Shown here one piece after another: positions 52,101 to 60,715 of a stretch of 64,000 nt of DNA (positions within the stretch are counted from its first letter, which is position 1; each line of letters begins with the position of its first letter). Location of the stretch: sequence record NC_019407.1; one strand, given 5' to 3'. Made by a program: the position numbers and the translations under genes. The notes beneath the pieces are model-generated. The model did not search any database and was not told the DNA's origin. It worked only from the letters and a program-made list of their open reading frames with translations.

Positions 52101-54833
52101 GTGAGCTACTATCCGATCGAGGACCGCGCCAAGGCCCGGTCCGTCGTCAAGAACCTGCTGGACCTTCAGCGCGAGGCGGTCAAGGCCTCGCGCGGCGGCC
52201 TGATCCTGCCGCCCGACCAGAAGGCGATCATCACCCAGGTCACCGAGACCGAGGACCCGGCCCGCTGGGTCGATCTGCTGGGTCAGTTCGCCGATCGCGT
52301 CCAGACCGATCACCTCGCCCGGCTCAAGCCCCTGGCCAAGCACGACTTCAACGCCTTCTGCGAATACGTCAATCCCGAGGAGGCCCCGGCCTCCAAGTGG
52401 CACGTCTACCTGACCTCGCTCCTCCAGGAGATCGAGAACAACCACGAGCTTGAGCGCTTCGTGCTCAACTGCCCGCCCGGTCACGCCAAGCCGCTCGACG
52501 TCGACACCGAGGTCCTGATGGCCGACGGGTCCTGGAAGCGCCTGGGCGACATCGAGGTCGGAGAATACGTGGTCGGCGAGAGCGGCGCGCGTTGCAAGGT
52601 CACCGCCGTCCATGAGCAGGGCGATCTCGCCACCCTGAAGATCACCACCGCCCACGGCCGCCAGATCATCGCCGCCCCCGACCACGCCTTCCGGGTCGGC
52701 GCCACCTGGAAGGAGGCGGGCAAGCTGCGGCCGGGCGACGCGCTGTCCGTGGTCGGCGCCGCCAACCTCAACTACGACGCCAGCGGCAAGACCATCGATC
52801 ACTTCGAGCTTGCCGCCTACCTCCAGGCCAAGGGCGGACGCTCCTACTTCCACCGCGTCCACAAGAGCGGGCCGAAGACCTACCGCAACGTCTTCCTGTG
52901 GACCTCCGACCACCGCGAGGCCAGCAAGATCAGCGCCTGCCTCAAGCGCCTGGGGATCGCCTTCAAGGGGCGCCTCGCCAAGCATGAGCAGGTCTGGAAG
53001 ATGCGGCTCGCCACCGAATGGGGCGACGCCCTGGCCGAGGAGTACGGCCTGGACGCGCGGATCGACGCGCGCCGGGTTCCGGCCTTTGTCACGAAAGGTG
53101 ACGAGGAGCAGATCGCCCGCTACCTGTCGACCTACACCTCTCTGGCCGGCGAGGCGCCTGACCGCTACACCATCGCGCGCATCATCCTCTACTTCAAGAA
53201 CCCGGCCTTCGCCCGCGACATCCAGCGCCTGTTCGCCGTGGTCGGCGTCAACGCCCGCATCGAGGGGCGCAAGACCGGCCGCACCCGGCTGATCCTGTCG
53301 GGGCCGGACCTGGAGGCCTACTTCGCCGCCGGCCTGACCTACACCGGTCCCAACGCCGACAAGCTCGACGACAAGCGCGCGGCCTTCCCGACCGCGCCCT
53401 CGCTGCTGGCCGACACCGTCACCTGGATCGAGCCGCACGCCGTGCGCCCCTGCCGCTGCCTGACCGTCGAGGACGAGCACACCTTCATCGCCGAAGGGGT
53501 GGTGGTCCACAACTCGACCTACGCCTCGCGCCTGTTCGTGGCGTGGCGCCTGGGGCGCGATCCGCGCCAGAAGATCATCGGCGGGGGCCACTCCCAGCGC
53601 TTCGTCGAGAACGAGTTCTCCGGCAAGATTCGCAACCTCGTGCGCACCCCGCAATATCGCGACGTCTTCCCCGACGTGGTCATCGACCACGCCACCTCGG
53701 CCAAGGACATGTGGGCGATCGCCGGGCACGGCGGGCAGTACGCCGCCAAGGGCGCGGGGCAGGCCATCCACGGTCTGCGCGCCCACTTCGTCTGCGTCGA
53801 CGACCCCTACCGGTCGATCGAAGTGGCCGAGTCCGCGATCGAGCGCGAGAAGATCAAGACGTGGTTCTTCGGCGACGTTGGCTCGCGTTTGTTGCCGCTC
53901 GCCAAAGTATTCCTCATCATGACGCGCTTCCATGAGGAAGATTTGACCGGGGAGATCATCAAACTCAACCAAGAAGTTCTTACCGGCGCCGACCGTTATC
54001 ACATCGTTGAAGCGCCCGCCCTGTGCTACGACCCCGAGAACGACGTCCTGGGCCGCGCCCTGGGCGAAGTTTTGTGGGACTACTATGACTTGCATTATTT
54101 CAAGCGCAAGCGGTCCGAGTGGAAGTACCAAAGATTTGCTTTGGTTTATCAACAACTTGCCGACGCGGCCTCGGACACCTCCATCGCGTCCAAGTTTCAG
54201 ACCTATGATCACCTGCCGCACCTGGAGCCGAAGGTGCTCAAGGCCCGGCTTGACGCGGGTCACGCCGACGAGCGCGGGCGGCCGATTCCGGACCGCAAGG
54301 AGCACTTCCGGCGGGTGGTGGTCAGCGTCGACTCGGCCAACAAGCCCGGCGCCCGCAACGACTACAGCGTCGCCCAGGTCTGGGGGGAGACCCACGCCCG
54401 CAAGCACTACCTGATCTACCAGGAGCGCAAGAAGGTCGACATCACCGGCCTGACCGAGATGATCGAGCGGGTGGCCAAGCGCTACGAGGTCGACGCCATC
54501 CTGGTCGAAGACAAGGGCAACGGCACCGCCTACATCCAGGCGCGGGGCCAGACCGACAGCCAGCGGCGGCTCGCCCCGGCCCCGATCGAGGCGATCCAGG
54601 TCCCGAGCACCTATTCCAAGGAGTTCCGCTTCAACGAGATCGTCCCGATGATCGAGGCCGGCGAGGTCTTCCTGCCGGGCAAGGCCCCGTGGCTCGACCT
54701 GCTGATCCGCGAAATCGGTCAGTTCCCCGAAGGCGCCCATGACGACCAAGTCGACGCCATGACGCAGTACCTCCGCTGGGCCAAGTCCAAGCGCACGCGG
54801 TTTGGCGCGCGCAAGGTCGGCTCGATGGGCTGA
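52101..54833 (+). CDS. terL: terminase large subunit (intein-containing precursor)
   Basis: Walker A PPGHAK|ST, Walker B VCVDDP, IMTRFHEED, and nuclease motifs SVDSA, LVEDKGNG and HDDQVDA. Confidence 0.95.
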   Translation: MSYYPIEDRAKARSVVKNLLDLQREAVKASRGGLILPPDQKAIITQVTETEDPARWVDLLGQFADRVQTDHLARLKPLAKHDFNAFCEYVNPEEAPASKWHVYLTSLLQEIENNHELERFVLNCPPGHAKPLDVDTEVLMADGSWKRLGDIEVGEYVVGESGARCKVTAVHEQGDLATLKITTAHGRQIIAAPDHAFRVGATWKEAGKLRPGDALSVVGAANLNYDASGKTIDHFELAAYLQAKGGRSYFHRVHKSGPKTYRNVFLWTSDHREASKISACLKRLGIAFKGRLAKHEQVWKMRLATEWGDALAEEYGLDARIDARRVPAFVTKGDEEQIARYLSTYTSLAGEAPDRYTIARIILYFKNPAFARDIQRLFAVVGVNARIEGRKTGRTRLILSGPDLEAYFAAGLTYTGPNADKLDDKRAAFPTAPSLLADTVTWIEPHAVRPCRCLTVEDEHTFIAEGVVVHNSTYASRLFVAWRLGRDPRQKIIGGGHSQRFVENEFSGKIRNLVRTPQYRDVFPDVVIDHATSAKDMWAIAGHGGQYAAKGAGQAIHGLRAHFVCVDDPYRSIEVAESAIEREKIKTWFFGDVGSRLLPLAKVFLIMTRFHEEDLTGEIIKLNQEVLTGADRYHIVEAPALCYDPENDVLGRALGEVLWDYYDLHYFKRKRSEWKYQRFALVYQQLADAASDTSIASKFQTYDHLPHLEPKVLKARLDAGHADERGRPIPDRKEHFRRVVVSVDSANKPGARNDYSVAQVWGETHARKHYLIYQERKKVDITGLTEMIERVAKRYEVDAILVEDKGNGTAYIQARGQTDSQRRLAPAPIEAIQVPSTYSKEFRFNEIVPMIEAGEVFLPGKAPWLDLLIREIGQFPEGAHDDQVDAMTQYLRWAKSKRTRFGARKVGSMG
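52491..53513 (+). mobile_element. intein (341 aa) with a degenerate LAGLIDADG domain
   Basis: Starts PLDVDTEVLMADGSWKRLGDI; block B APDH; block F CRCLTV..EHTF; ends VVHN followed by Ser+1. Confidence 0.92.
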
Positions 54834-54905
54834 CGAGGCCCGTTAACCACGTTTGTTAACCTCCGCCGGGGCCTTAACCCTAACACGGCGAGGGTTAACA
54901 GGCCA

Positions 54906-55066
54906 GGGACCCTTCGAAATTAACCTTTCGGGGACCCTGGGAAATCGTAAGGCGGGGACCCTGGCCATTTTCCGCCTGGGGACCCTCCAAAATTCACCGT
55001 CGGGGACCCTGGGAAATTCATCTTCCGGGGACCCTGGCAAATTCAAAGCCGGGGACCCTGGCGAAT
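54906..55066. repeat. 7-copy tandem array with a 24-25 bp period (core GGGACCCT..AAT)
   Basis: Cores at 54906, 54931, 54955, 54979, 55003, 55028 and 55052. Confidence 0.93.
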
Positions 55067-55067
55067 C

Positions 55068-55271
55068 ATGGAGCCGACGATGGCCGGATTTCTCAACCTG
55101 ATCCCGAACCTCGCGCCGTTCGCGCTTTGGGGAATCCTCCTCTGGATCGCCGCCGAGGTGGTCTGGAGCGTCTGCCTCTGGGTCTATGGCCTGCGAACCC
55201 TGTTCAAGCTGCACCGTGACGATGTGGCCGAGGCCCTGACCCTGGAGCGGGCTCTGGCGCCGTTCGACTGA
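55068..55271 (+). CDS. small membrane protein
   Basis: Hydrophobic FALWGILLWIAAEVVWSVCLWVY. Confidence 0.62.
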   Translation: MEPTMAGFLNLIPNLAPFALWGILLWIAAEVVWSVCLWVYGLRTLFKLHRDDVAEALTLERALAPFD

Positions 55272-55340
55272 CCCAAGTCACGGACTGTAGGTTTCGTGAC
55301 AAGGTGAGATATTCCACAACGATTTCAAAGGCTTACTGCG

Positions 55341-55589
55341 ATGTCGATCCGCACGTTCTTCCACGATCTGGCCGTCCGTTTCGTCGTTTTGGGGTGGATT
55401 TTTGCCCGAAAACCGCTGAAATGGGCTCCAAAAGGGCATAATTTTCAGCCCAAACCGCCGGTCCAGGTCGGCGCCCTGGCGGCCGGCTCGCTCCTCGCCC
55501 TCAGTCTGGCGCTCGGCGGGCTCTGGTTCCGCTTCACGTTTCCGGACAAAAGTCAAGTGGTCTCGCGCCGGCCGCAGGCTATGTCATAG
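55341..55589 (+). CDS. small membrane protein
   Basis: Two hydrophobic segments. Confidence 0.55.
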   Translation: MSIRTFFHDLAVRFVVLGWIFARKPLKWAPKGHNFQPKPPVQVGALAAGSLLALSLALGGLWFRFTFPDKSQVVSRRPQAMS

Positions 55590-55650
55590 ACCGTGGGCTT
55601 CGTGACCAGATCACGCTTCCGTTACCGCTCCAGCCCTTGTGAGGCCTCGG

Positions 55651-55755
55651 ATGTTCGCCTTTCTCCGCCGGCTCAGCCTCGCCGCCGTCCATGGCGTGCT
55701 CTGGGCGATCCTCCTGGCGATGTACGCCGTGGGCGGGCCGCGCCGCGCGCCCTAA
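55651..55755 (+). CDS. 34-aa hydrophobic peptide (not in the ORF track)
   Basis: Hand translation MFAFLRRLSLAAVHGVLWAILLAMYAVGGPRRAP; GAGG upstream. Confidence 0.5.
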   Translation: MFAFLRRLSLAAVHGVLWAILLAMYAVGGPRRAP

Positions 55756-55807
55756 AGCGCCATATCTGACGCCTAAGGCCCCCTAAGGCCTCATCTGTGA
55801 GACATTC

Positions 55808-55843
55808 AACGCCCTCGTGTTCCTCTGAACGCGGGGGCGTTTT
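55808..55843 (+). terminator. Rho-independent terminator
   Basis: AACGCCCTCGTGTTC-CTCT-GAACGCGGGGGCGTT followed by TT. Confidence 0.7.
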
Positions 55844-55951
55844 GACGTCGGCGCATTTTTGACTTGACGCGCGAGCGTTTTGACGCGGGCGCATTTTCGA
55901 TTCGACGCGCGAGCGTTTTGACGTCCGAGCATTTTTCAACTTGACGTCGTT
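55837..55951. repeat. 3 x 38-bp tandem repeat
   Basis: GCGTTTTGACG..GCATTTT..(C/T)T(T/C)GACG units at 55837, 55875 and 55913. Confidence 0.88.
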
Positions 55952-55975
55952 CCATTTACCGGGAGCGCCTTAGGG

Positions 55976-56142
55976 TTAACGCCGGCCGCCGAGCCCTGGG
56001 GCGATTTACCACCGCCACGTTAACCTAACGCCTGTTAACCTATCGGTTGTTAAGGTTAACGCCCCGTTAGGGTTAACGCCCCTTAACCCTGCCCGCGTTA
56101 AGGTTAACGCGCCCGCCGCCCGGCCCTACCCGTTAACCTTAA
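55976..56142. repeat. TTAA/GTTAAC cluster
   Basis: 11 TTAA in 167 bp, including GTTAAGGTTAAC twice and its reverse complement once. Confidence 0.8.
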
Positions 56143-56194
56143 CCGCCAGACCCCCGCGCCCAGGCCCTACCCGGTAGGGCCTGACGGCCCTACC
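56122..56194. repeat. GGCCCTACC x3 with a perfect inverted repeat
   Basis: Copies at 56122, 56163 and 56186; GGCCCTACC-C-GGTAGGGCC at 56163-56181. Confidence 0.75.
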
Positions 56195-56253
56195 GGGTAT
56201 GACCCCGCGCCCCGGCGGAGGCCAGGGACCGCCCCGGCGCTTTTTCGCGCCCG

Positions 56254-56285
56254 TTTACCTTTTGTTAACGTCTGGCCTCTAGGGT
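56254..56285 (+). promoter_or_regulatory. CtrA-box promoter P1
   Basis: TTTA-N7-TTAA-N11-TAGGGT. Confidence 0.75.
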
Positions 56286-56333
56286 CGCCCTTGTCCCCGC
56301 CGCACTCCCGCGCCGGGCAAGGAGCTTCCCGCC

Positions 56334-56519
56334 ATGGTCCCCGACTCGATCATGAACCCCCGCGACCACTTCCACCGCCTGCGCGAGGAAACCGCCCGCG
56401 CTCTGGTCGAGGCCTTCGCCGAAACCGACCCCGGCGAGGATTACCGCGCCGAGGAAAAGGCCGGCGCGTGGGTTGTCGCCTATTACGACGCGGCGGGCGA
56501 ATTCGTCGCCTATCTCTAA
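56334..56519 (+). CDS. small hypothetical protein
   Basis: SD AAGGAG after P1. Confidence 0.75.
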   Translation: MVPDSIMNPRDHFHRLREETARALVEAFAETDPGEDYRAEEKAGAWVVAYYDAAGEFVAYL

Positions 56520-56543
56520 CCGCCTTCGCCCCCTGGCGCCGCG

Positions 56544-56575
56544 TTAACGGTTTGTTAACATGTCGGCGCCAGGGT
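56544..56575 (+). promoter_or_regulatory. CtrA-box promoter P2
   Basis: TTAA-N7-TTAA-N11-CAGGGT. Confidence 0.75.
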
Positions 56576-56618
56576 CGCCCTAGCCCGGCGCGTCGCCGCG
56601 CCTTCGGAGAAAACCGCC

Positions 56619-57422
56619 ATGCTCTACACCCCCGCCGCCCGCCGCCTTCGCGGCTATCGCGAAACCGCCGCGAAGAACGCCGAAATTCACGCCCGCCCGC
56701 ACATGGCCGGCAACGTCGCCGGCTACAACGAGTCGGTGTGGCCGACGACGGCGCTAGGCGTCGCCGCCAAGGCCGGCGCCTTCAAGCGCCCCGAAACCGC
56801 CGGCAACTGGTCGGAGGATCGCAAAGCCTATTACGCCCCCGCGTGGCCGGCCGGCTGGCGCGTGCTGGGCACGGCCGAAGAGGTCTGCCGCAAGGAAGGA
56901 TCGCGCCGGGTGGAACATTCCGGATGGTACACGACGCCCGACGACTACAGCGCCACGCTTTCGGGCTATGTGCTGCAAATCCCCGCCCGCGACGGGGTCG
57001 CCCAATACGTCGCCGGGACCGCCCATAGTGAATGGGACGGGGTGACCCTCTACCCCGCCGACCGCTACGACAACCCGCTTGACGCGGCGAGCGCCGCCGA
57101 CCGTCACGCCGAACGCGACGCCGAAGAGGAACGCGAATATCAAACCGCGTGGCAAGCGGGCCAGCGCTACGCCGAACTCGGCGCCGAAGCCAAGGAGGCC
57201 CGCAAGGAAGCGCTGGCGATCCTCGCCGAACGCCGCAAGGTCAAGGGGCTGGAAACCCCCGCCTTGTGCGGCGCGATCCGGGCGCAGGTCGAGGCCCTGC
57301 TAGGCCGGATCGAAGAGGCGCGCGAGGCCCGCGCCAAGCTCAAGGAAGGCGAGGATTCGCGCCTCATGTTCTACCCCTCCGCCCGCCTCGTCGCGGCCTT
57401 CAATGACGGGGCGGCCGGGTGA
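56619..57422 (+). CDS. hypothetical protein
   Basis: SD GGAG; 267 aa. Confidence 0.82.
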   Translation: MLYTPAARRLRGYRETAAKNAEIHARPHMAGNVAGYNESVWPTTALGVAAKAGAFKRPETAGNWSEDRKAYYAPAWPAGWRVLGTAEEVCRKEGSRRVEHSGWYTTPDDYSATLSGYVLQIPARDGVAQYVAGTAHSEWDGVTLYPADRYDNPLDAASAADRHAERDAEEEREYQTAWQAGQRYAELGAEAKEARKEALAILAERRKVKGLETPALCGAIRAQVEALLGRIEEAREARAKLKEGEDSRLMFYPSARLVAAFNDGAAG

Positions 57423-57628
57423 AGGTCGCCCGCGACGCCTTCGCCGTGTTCTGGACCCTCCCCGCCGGAGGGGTCCAATTTCATGCGGACATGAAACGGG
57501 CGCTCTACCCGACCGCCCGCGACGCCGCCCGCGCTTTTCGCGCCATGTTCCCCCGTGACCGCGTTCGGAGCGTCCGCGACGCCTCCGGCCGCTTCCTGGC
57601 CTTCAAGGAGTCCAACCCGTGCGCCTGA
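57419..57628 (+). CDS. hypothetical protein
   Basis: GTGA overlap. Confidence 0.68.
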   Translation: MKVARDAFAVFWTLPAGGVQFHADMKRALYPTARDAARAFRAMFPRDRVRSVRDASGRFLAFKESNPCA

Positions 57629-57900
57629 CTAGCTACAACGTCAACGGAACCGGCTTTAAGGGCGGCTCCGCCCCGCCCGTCCCCGCCCAAGGCCTGACCG
57701 GGCACGCCGACGGCTTGAACCTTTGGGTTCCCTCGCGCGAGCATATCGCCGCCATGCTCCCGCAACGCTGGCGCCACGCCTTCGCCCACGCGGCGTTTTG
57801 GTATGACGCGCACGACAACAAAAAGCCGTGCCGCGCCGACCTCTACGACTCGCGCGGCCGGTACCTGACTCAGGTCTGGGCGCACCCGGTTTTCAGCTAG
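57619..57900 (+). CDS. hypothetical protein
   Basis: GTG start after AAGGAG. Confidence 0.7.
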   Translation: MRLTSYNVNGTGFKGGSAPPVPAQGLTGHADGLNLWVPSREHIAAMLPQRWRHAFAHAAFWYDAHDNKKPCRADLYDSRGRYLTQVWAHPVFS

Positions 57901-57906
57901 GCCAGG

Positions 57907-57941
57907 ACGCCCCGGAAGATTTTCCGGGGCGTTTACCTTTT
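57907..57941 (+). terminator. Rho-independent terminator overlapping P3
   Basis: ACGCCCCGGAA-GATT-TTCCGGGGCGT followed by TTACCTTTT. Confidence 0.8.
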
Positions 57942-57963
57942 GTTAACTTCTGGCCTCTAGGGT
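57932..57963 (+). promoter_or_regulatory. CtrA-box promoter P3
   Basis: TTTA-N7-TTAA-N11-TAGGGT. Confidence 0.78.
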
Positions 57964-58021
57964 GACTTTCGCCGCCGGGCAATCCCGCCCGCCGGACCCT
58001 CTTTCAAGGATTGCTCCCGTC

Positions 58022-59074
58022 ATGACCTCTCATTCCATGGTCGCGCACCGTTGGGCGCAGGACGACGAGAACGGCCGCACCGCGCGCGGCTTCAACATGT
58101 ATTTCGAGCGCTACGGGCGCGGCGCCGACCGCGTCAACGTGATTTTTTCCTACGGGACTCACTTCCCGGCCGCCGCCTTCGTGACCGACGCGCACGGCCG
58201 CCGCGTGGTCCTCTACACGACGCACCGCCGGAGCGTTTCGACCGCGAAACACCTTTCCCACATCCGCCACGCGATTCCGTCGGGCGTGCCGGTGTTTTCC
58301 GTGCCGAACGTGTCGCGGATGCACAAGCCGGGCGGCGCGGGCGACTTCCACGGGGACAACCTGCGCGCCTATATCGAGAGCGCCGCCGGCCTCGCCGAAA
58401 AGGCCAAGCGCGCCCGCGTCAACGGCCCTTGGCTGCTTAGCCAAGCCCGCGACCAACTCGCCGAAGCGCAACGCTACGCCGACGCCTTCAAGGTCAAGGG
58501 CTTCAAGGTCCCGGCCTTGGAAGACGTCGCCGGCCAATGGGCGAAGATGACGGCCGCCAAGGCGCGGGCCGAAGCCAAGGCCCGCAAGGAAGCCGAAAAG
58601 CGCGCCCGCGAAGCCCGCGAAGCCGAACGGCTCGCCGACGCCGAAGCCTTCGCCGCTTGGATGCGCGGCGAGCGCCAGAGCGCCCCGTTTAGCTACCGGG
58701 TGCGCGATGACGGGACCGTCTATCTTCGCCGCTTCCGGGGCGTGGTCCGCGACCTGCGCAGCCAAGAGCGCGACGGCTCGCGCGTCGATGAACTGCAAAC
58801 CTCGCAAGGCGCGGCCGTGCCGTGGGAACACGCGGTCAAGGCCTTCCGGTTCATCAAGCTTTGCCGCGAACGCGGCGAGAGCTTCCACCGCAACGGCCGG
58901 GTGATTCGCGTCGGACACTTCCAAGTTGACGCGATCAGCCCGAACGGGGACATGACGGCCGGTTGCCACCGGTTCGCGTGGGATGAAATCGAACGCATCG
59001 CCAGGGCCGAAGGGGTTTTCGACCTCCCCGCCGACGCCGGCGCCGTCGAAACCCGGCAAGCCGAACCGGCCTAA
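58022..59074 (+). CDS. hypothetical protein
   Basis: Start moved to MTSHSMV after AAGGA; IFSYGTHFP motif; coiled-coil centre. Confidence 0.82.
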   Translation: MTSHSMVAHRWAQDDENGRTARGFNMYFERYGRGADRVNVIFSYGTHFPAAAFVTDAHGRRVVLYTTHRRSVSTAKHLSHIRHAIPSGVPVFSVPNVSRMHKPGGAGDFHGDNLRAYIESAAGLAEKAKRARVNGPWLLSQARDQLAEAQRYADAFKVKGFKVPALEDVAGQWAKMTAAKARAEAKARKEAEKRAREAREAERLADAEAFAAWMRGERQSAPFSYRVRDDGTVYLRRFRGVVRDLRSQERDGSRVDELQTSQGAAVPWEHAVKAFRFIKLCRERGESFHRNGRVIRVGHFQVDAISPNGDMTAGCHRFAWDEIERIARAEGVFDLPADAGAVETRQAEPA

Positions 59075-59092
59075 GCCTCCCCGCCCCTCTCG

Positions 59093-59119
59093 CGCCCCGG
59101 CTCCCCGCCGGGGCGTTTT
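59093..59119 (+). terminator. Rho-independent terminator
   Basis: CGCCCCGG-N7-CCGGGGCG-TTTT. Confidence 0.82.
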
Positions 59120-59129
59120 CGTGTACGCG

Positions 59130-59161
59130 GTAACCTTTTGTTAACTTCTGGCCTCTAGGGT
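59130..59161 (+). promoter_or_regulatory. CtrA-box promoter P4
   Basis: GTAA-N7-TTAA-N11-TAGGGT. Confidence 0.75.
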
Positions 59162-59209
59162 GACTTTCGCCGCCGGGCAATCCCGCCCGCCGGCCAAGGA
59201 TCGCAGACT

Positions 59210-59509
59210 ATGAATCTTTTCGTTGTCGCCATTGACCCCGCCCTCATCCCTTCGGCCGCCGGCTTTGTGGTCGCCTCCCCCTACGGGTGCGGCAAGTGGC
59301 GCGCGTGCGTCGGGAGCGAGGCGGACATGATCGCGCTTCGCGACAAGATGCGCCGCGCGCACCCGGCCCCGGAAGGCTACAGCGTCCAGCCCCTGGCGTC
59401 GTTCCTGGCCTATCTGGAGACGGTCGGGCAAAGCCCTTATGACCAGTTTCGCGCCCGCGACGCCGCCGCCCGCATCCTTGACACCCTGACAACGCACCTC
59501 GCCGCCTAG
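59210..59509 (+). CDS. hypothetical protein
   Basis: SD AAGGA after P4. Confidence 0.78.
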   Translation: MNLFVVAIDPALIPSAAGFVVASPYGCGKWRACVGSEADMIALRDKMRRAHPAPEGYSVQPLASFLAYLETVGQSPYDQFRARDAAARILDTLTTHLAA

Positions 59510-59518
59510 CCCCGCCTA

Positions 59519-59548
59519 GCCCCCGGCCGCGCGCCGGGGGCGCTTTTC
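59519..59548 (+). terminator. Rho-independent terminator
   Basis: GCCCCCGG-N7-CCGGGGGC followed by GCTTTT. Confidence 0.7.
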
Positions 59549-59568
59549 CCTCGAAAGGATCGCCGACC

Positions 59569-59877
59569 ATGACAACCCGTCTTATCGCCGTTCGCGCGCC
59601 GACCGCCGCCGAACTCGCCGACCCGTCCAGCCGCGCGGGCGGCGCCGAAGTCGTCTTTGTGCGGCGCGACCGCGAAGGCCGCACGCGCCTTGTGTTCGCC
59701 GCGACCTGCTACGGCTCATATCAGCAATGGGGCGAAACCCGCGACGTGCTCGCCGACAACGTCGAGGCGGTCACCGTCTGGGCCGAAGGTATGGCGGCCG
59801 TCGCCGACCTCATCGACGAGGACGACGATTTCGAGGGCGACGACGCCCCGGCCGAAGACGACGACGGGGAGGCGTGA
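59569..59877 (+). CDS. hypothetical protein with an acidic tail
   Basis: SD AAGGA. Confidence 0.78.
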   Translation: MTTRLIAVRAPTAAELADPSSRAGGAEVVFVRRDREGRTRLVFAATCYGSYQQWGETRDVLADNVEAVTVWAEGMAAVADLIDEDDDFEGDDAPAEDDDGEA

Positions 59878-59880
59878 GCC

Positions 59881-60300
59881 ATGCGCACAACCAAGGCTCA
59901 ACGCTTCGCCGCCATCGCCTTTGACGCCCTGGCCAAGGCCCTAAGCGAGCCGCGCCAAGCCGTCGCCCGCGTGACCAAATGGGAGGGCGCGGGTCATAGC
60001 TTCGCCAACCTGCAACGCGATTATGAGCGGTACGGCCCCGGCTCGCGCTCATGGTTCGGCCGGGCTGAAATGCGCTTCTTTGGGACGCGCCTAGAGGCCG
60101 CGCCGCTGGATTTCCCGGCGCTGGGCTGCACCCTCTTTCTGACCTCCGAAACCCCGCCCGGCGCCGGCCGGGTCTGGACCCTTCGCGCCTATGTCTGGGC
60201 TTCGGCCGATATCACCACGCTAACCCATGGCGACGAAACCGACGCGGCGACCGCGCAAGCGGCCTTTGACCTGCTTTGGAGGGTCCTTTCGCAGCGGTAA
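59881..60300 (+). CDS. hypothetical protein
   Basis: SD GGAGG; the stop codon lies in the P5 box. Confidence 0.75.
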   Translation: MRTTKAQRFAAIAFDALAKALSEPRQAVARVTKWEGAGHSFANLQRDYERYGPGSRSWFGRAEMRFFGTRLEAAPLDFPALGCTLFLTSETPPGAGRVWTLRAYVWASADITTLTHGDETDAATAQAAFDLLWRVLSQR

Positions 60301-60328
60301 CCTTTTGTTAACTTCTGCCCGCTAGGGT
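60297..60328 (+). promoter_or_regulatory. CtrA-box promoter P5
   Basis: GTAA-N7-TTAA-N11-TAGGGT. Confidence 0.75.
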
Positions 60329-60376
60329 CTTCTTGCGGCCGGGCAATCCCGCCCGGCCGCCCAAGGATTGGACCGC

Positions 60377-60649
60377 ATGACCCGCGCTCAAGCCCTCGCC
60401 GAAATGAACGCCCTTCCCGGTATCATCGCCTCCTTTGAGCGCGAGACGGGTGAATATCGCGTCACCCTGCGCTTTGGTCCGCTCCCCATGGGGCGCGGCG
60501 CCCAAGAGTGGATGCACGCGCGCCGCGAAGCCGTCGCCAGCTACAGCGACGACAAGGCCGACGCCCTGGCCACCGCCCGCGACATGTCCGCCCGCTGGGA
60601 GGCGATGAGCGCCGAAGAGCGTTCGCGCCTCTATCATAACCCCGCCTAA
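60377..60649 (+). CDS. hypothetical protein
   Basis: ATG 9 nt after AAGGA. Confidence 0.78.
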   Translation: MTRAQALAEMNALPGIIASFERETGEYRVTLRFGPLPMGRGAQEWMHARREAVASYSDDKADALATARDMSARWEAMSAEERSRLYHNPA

Positions 60650-60715
60650 AGCCCCGCGCGCCGCCCTGGCCTTCGCCGGGGCGGCTCCCTCAACCCCTCG
60701 CAAGGATCGCACCCC

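Noticed and set aside
50793-54749. 1318-aa minus-strand ORF
   Set aside because: It is the antisense shadow of terS/terL caused by high GC3 codon bias and has no motifs.
54843-54859. Canonical CtrA box after terL
   Set aside because: The TTAA half-sites are 9 nt apart, not 7; kept only as part of a half-site cluster.
54906-55066. CRISPR array interpretation of the 24-bp repeats
   Set aside because: The conserved part is about 15 bp and the variable part 7-9 bp, far below CRISPR repeat and spacer sizes, and no cas genes are present in the window.
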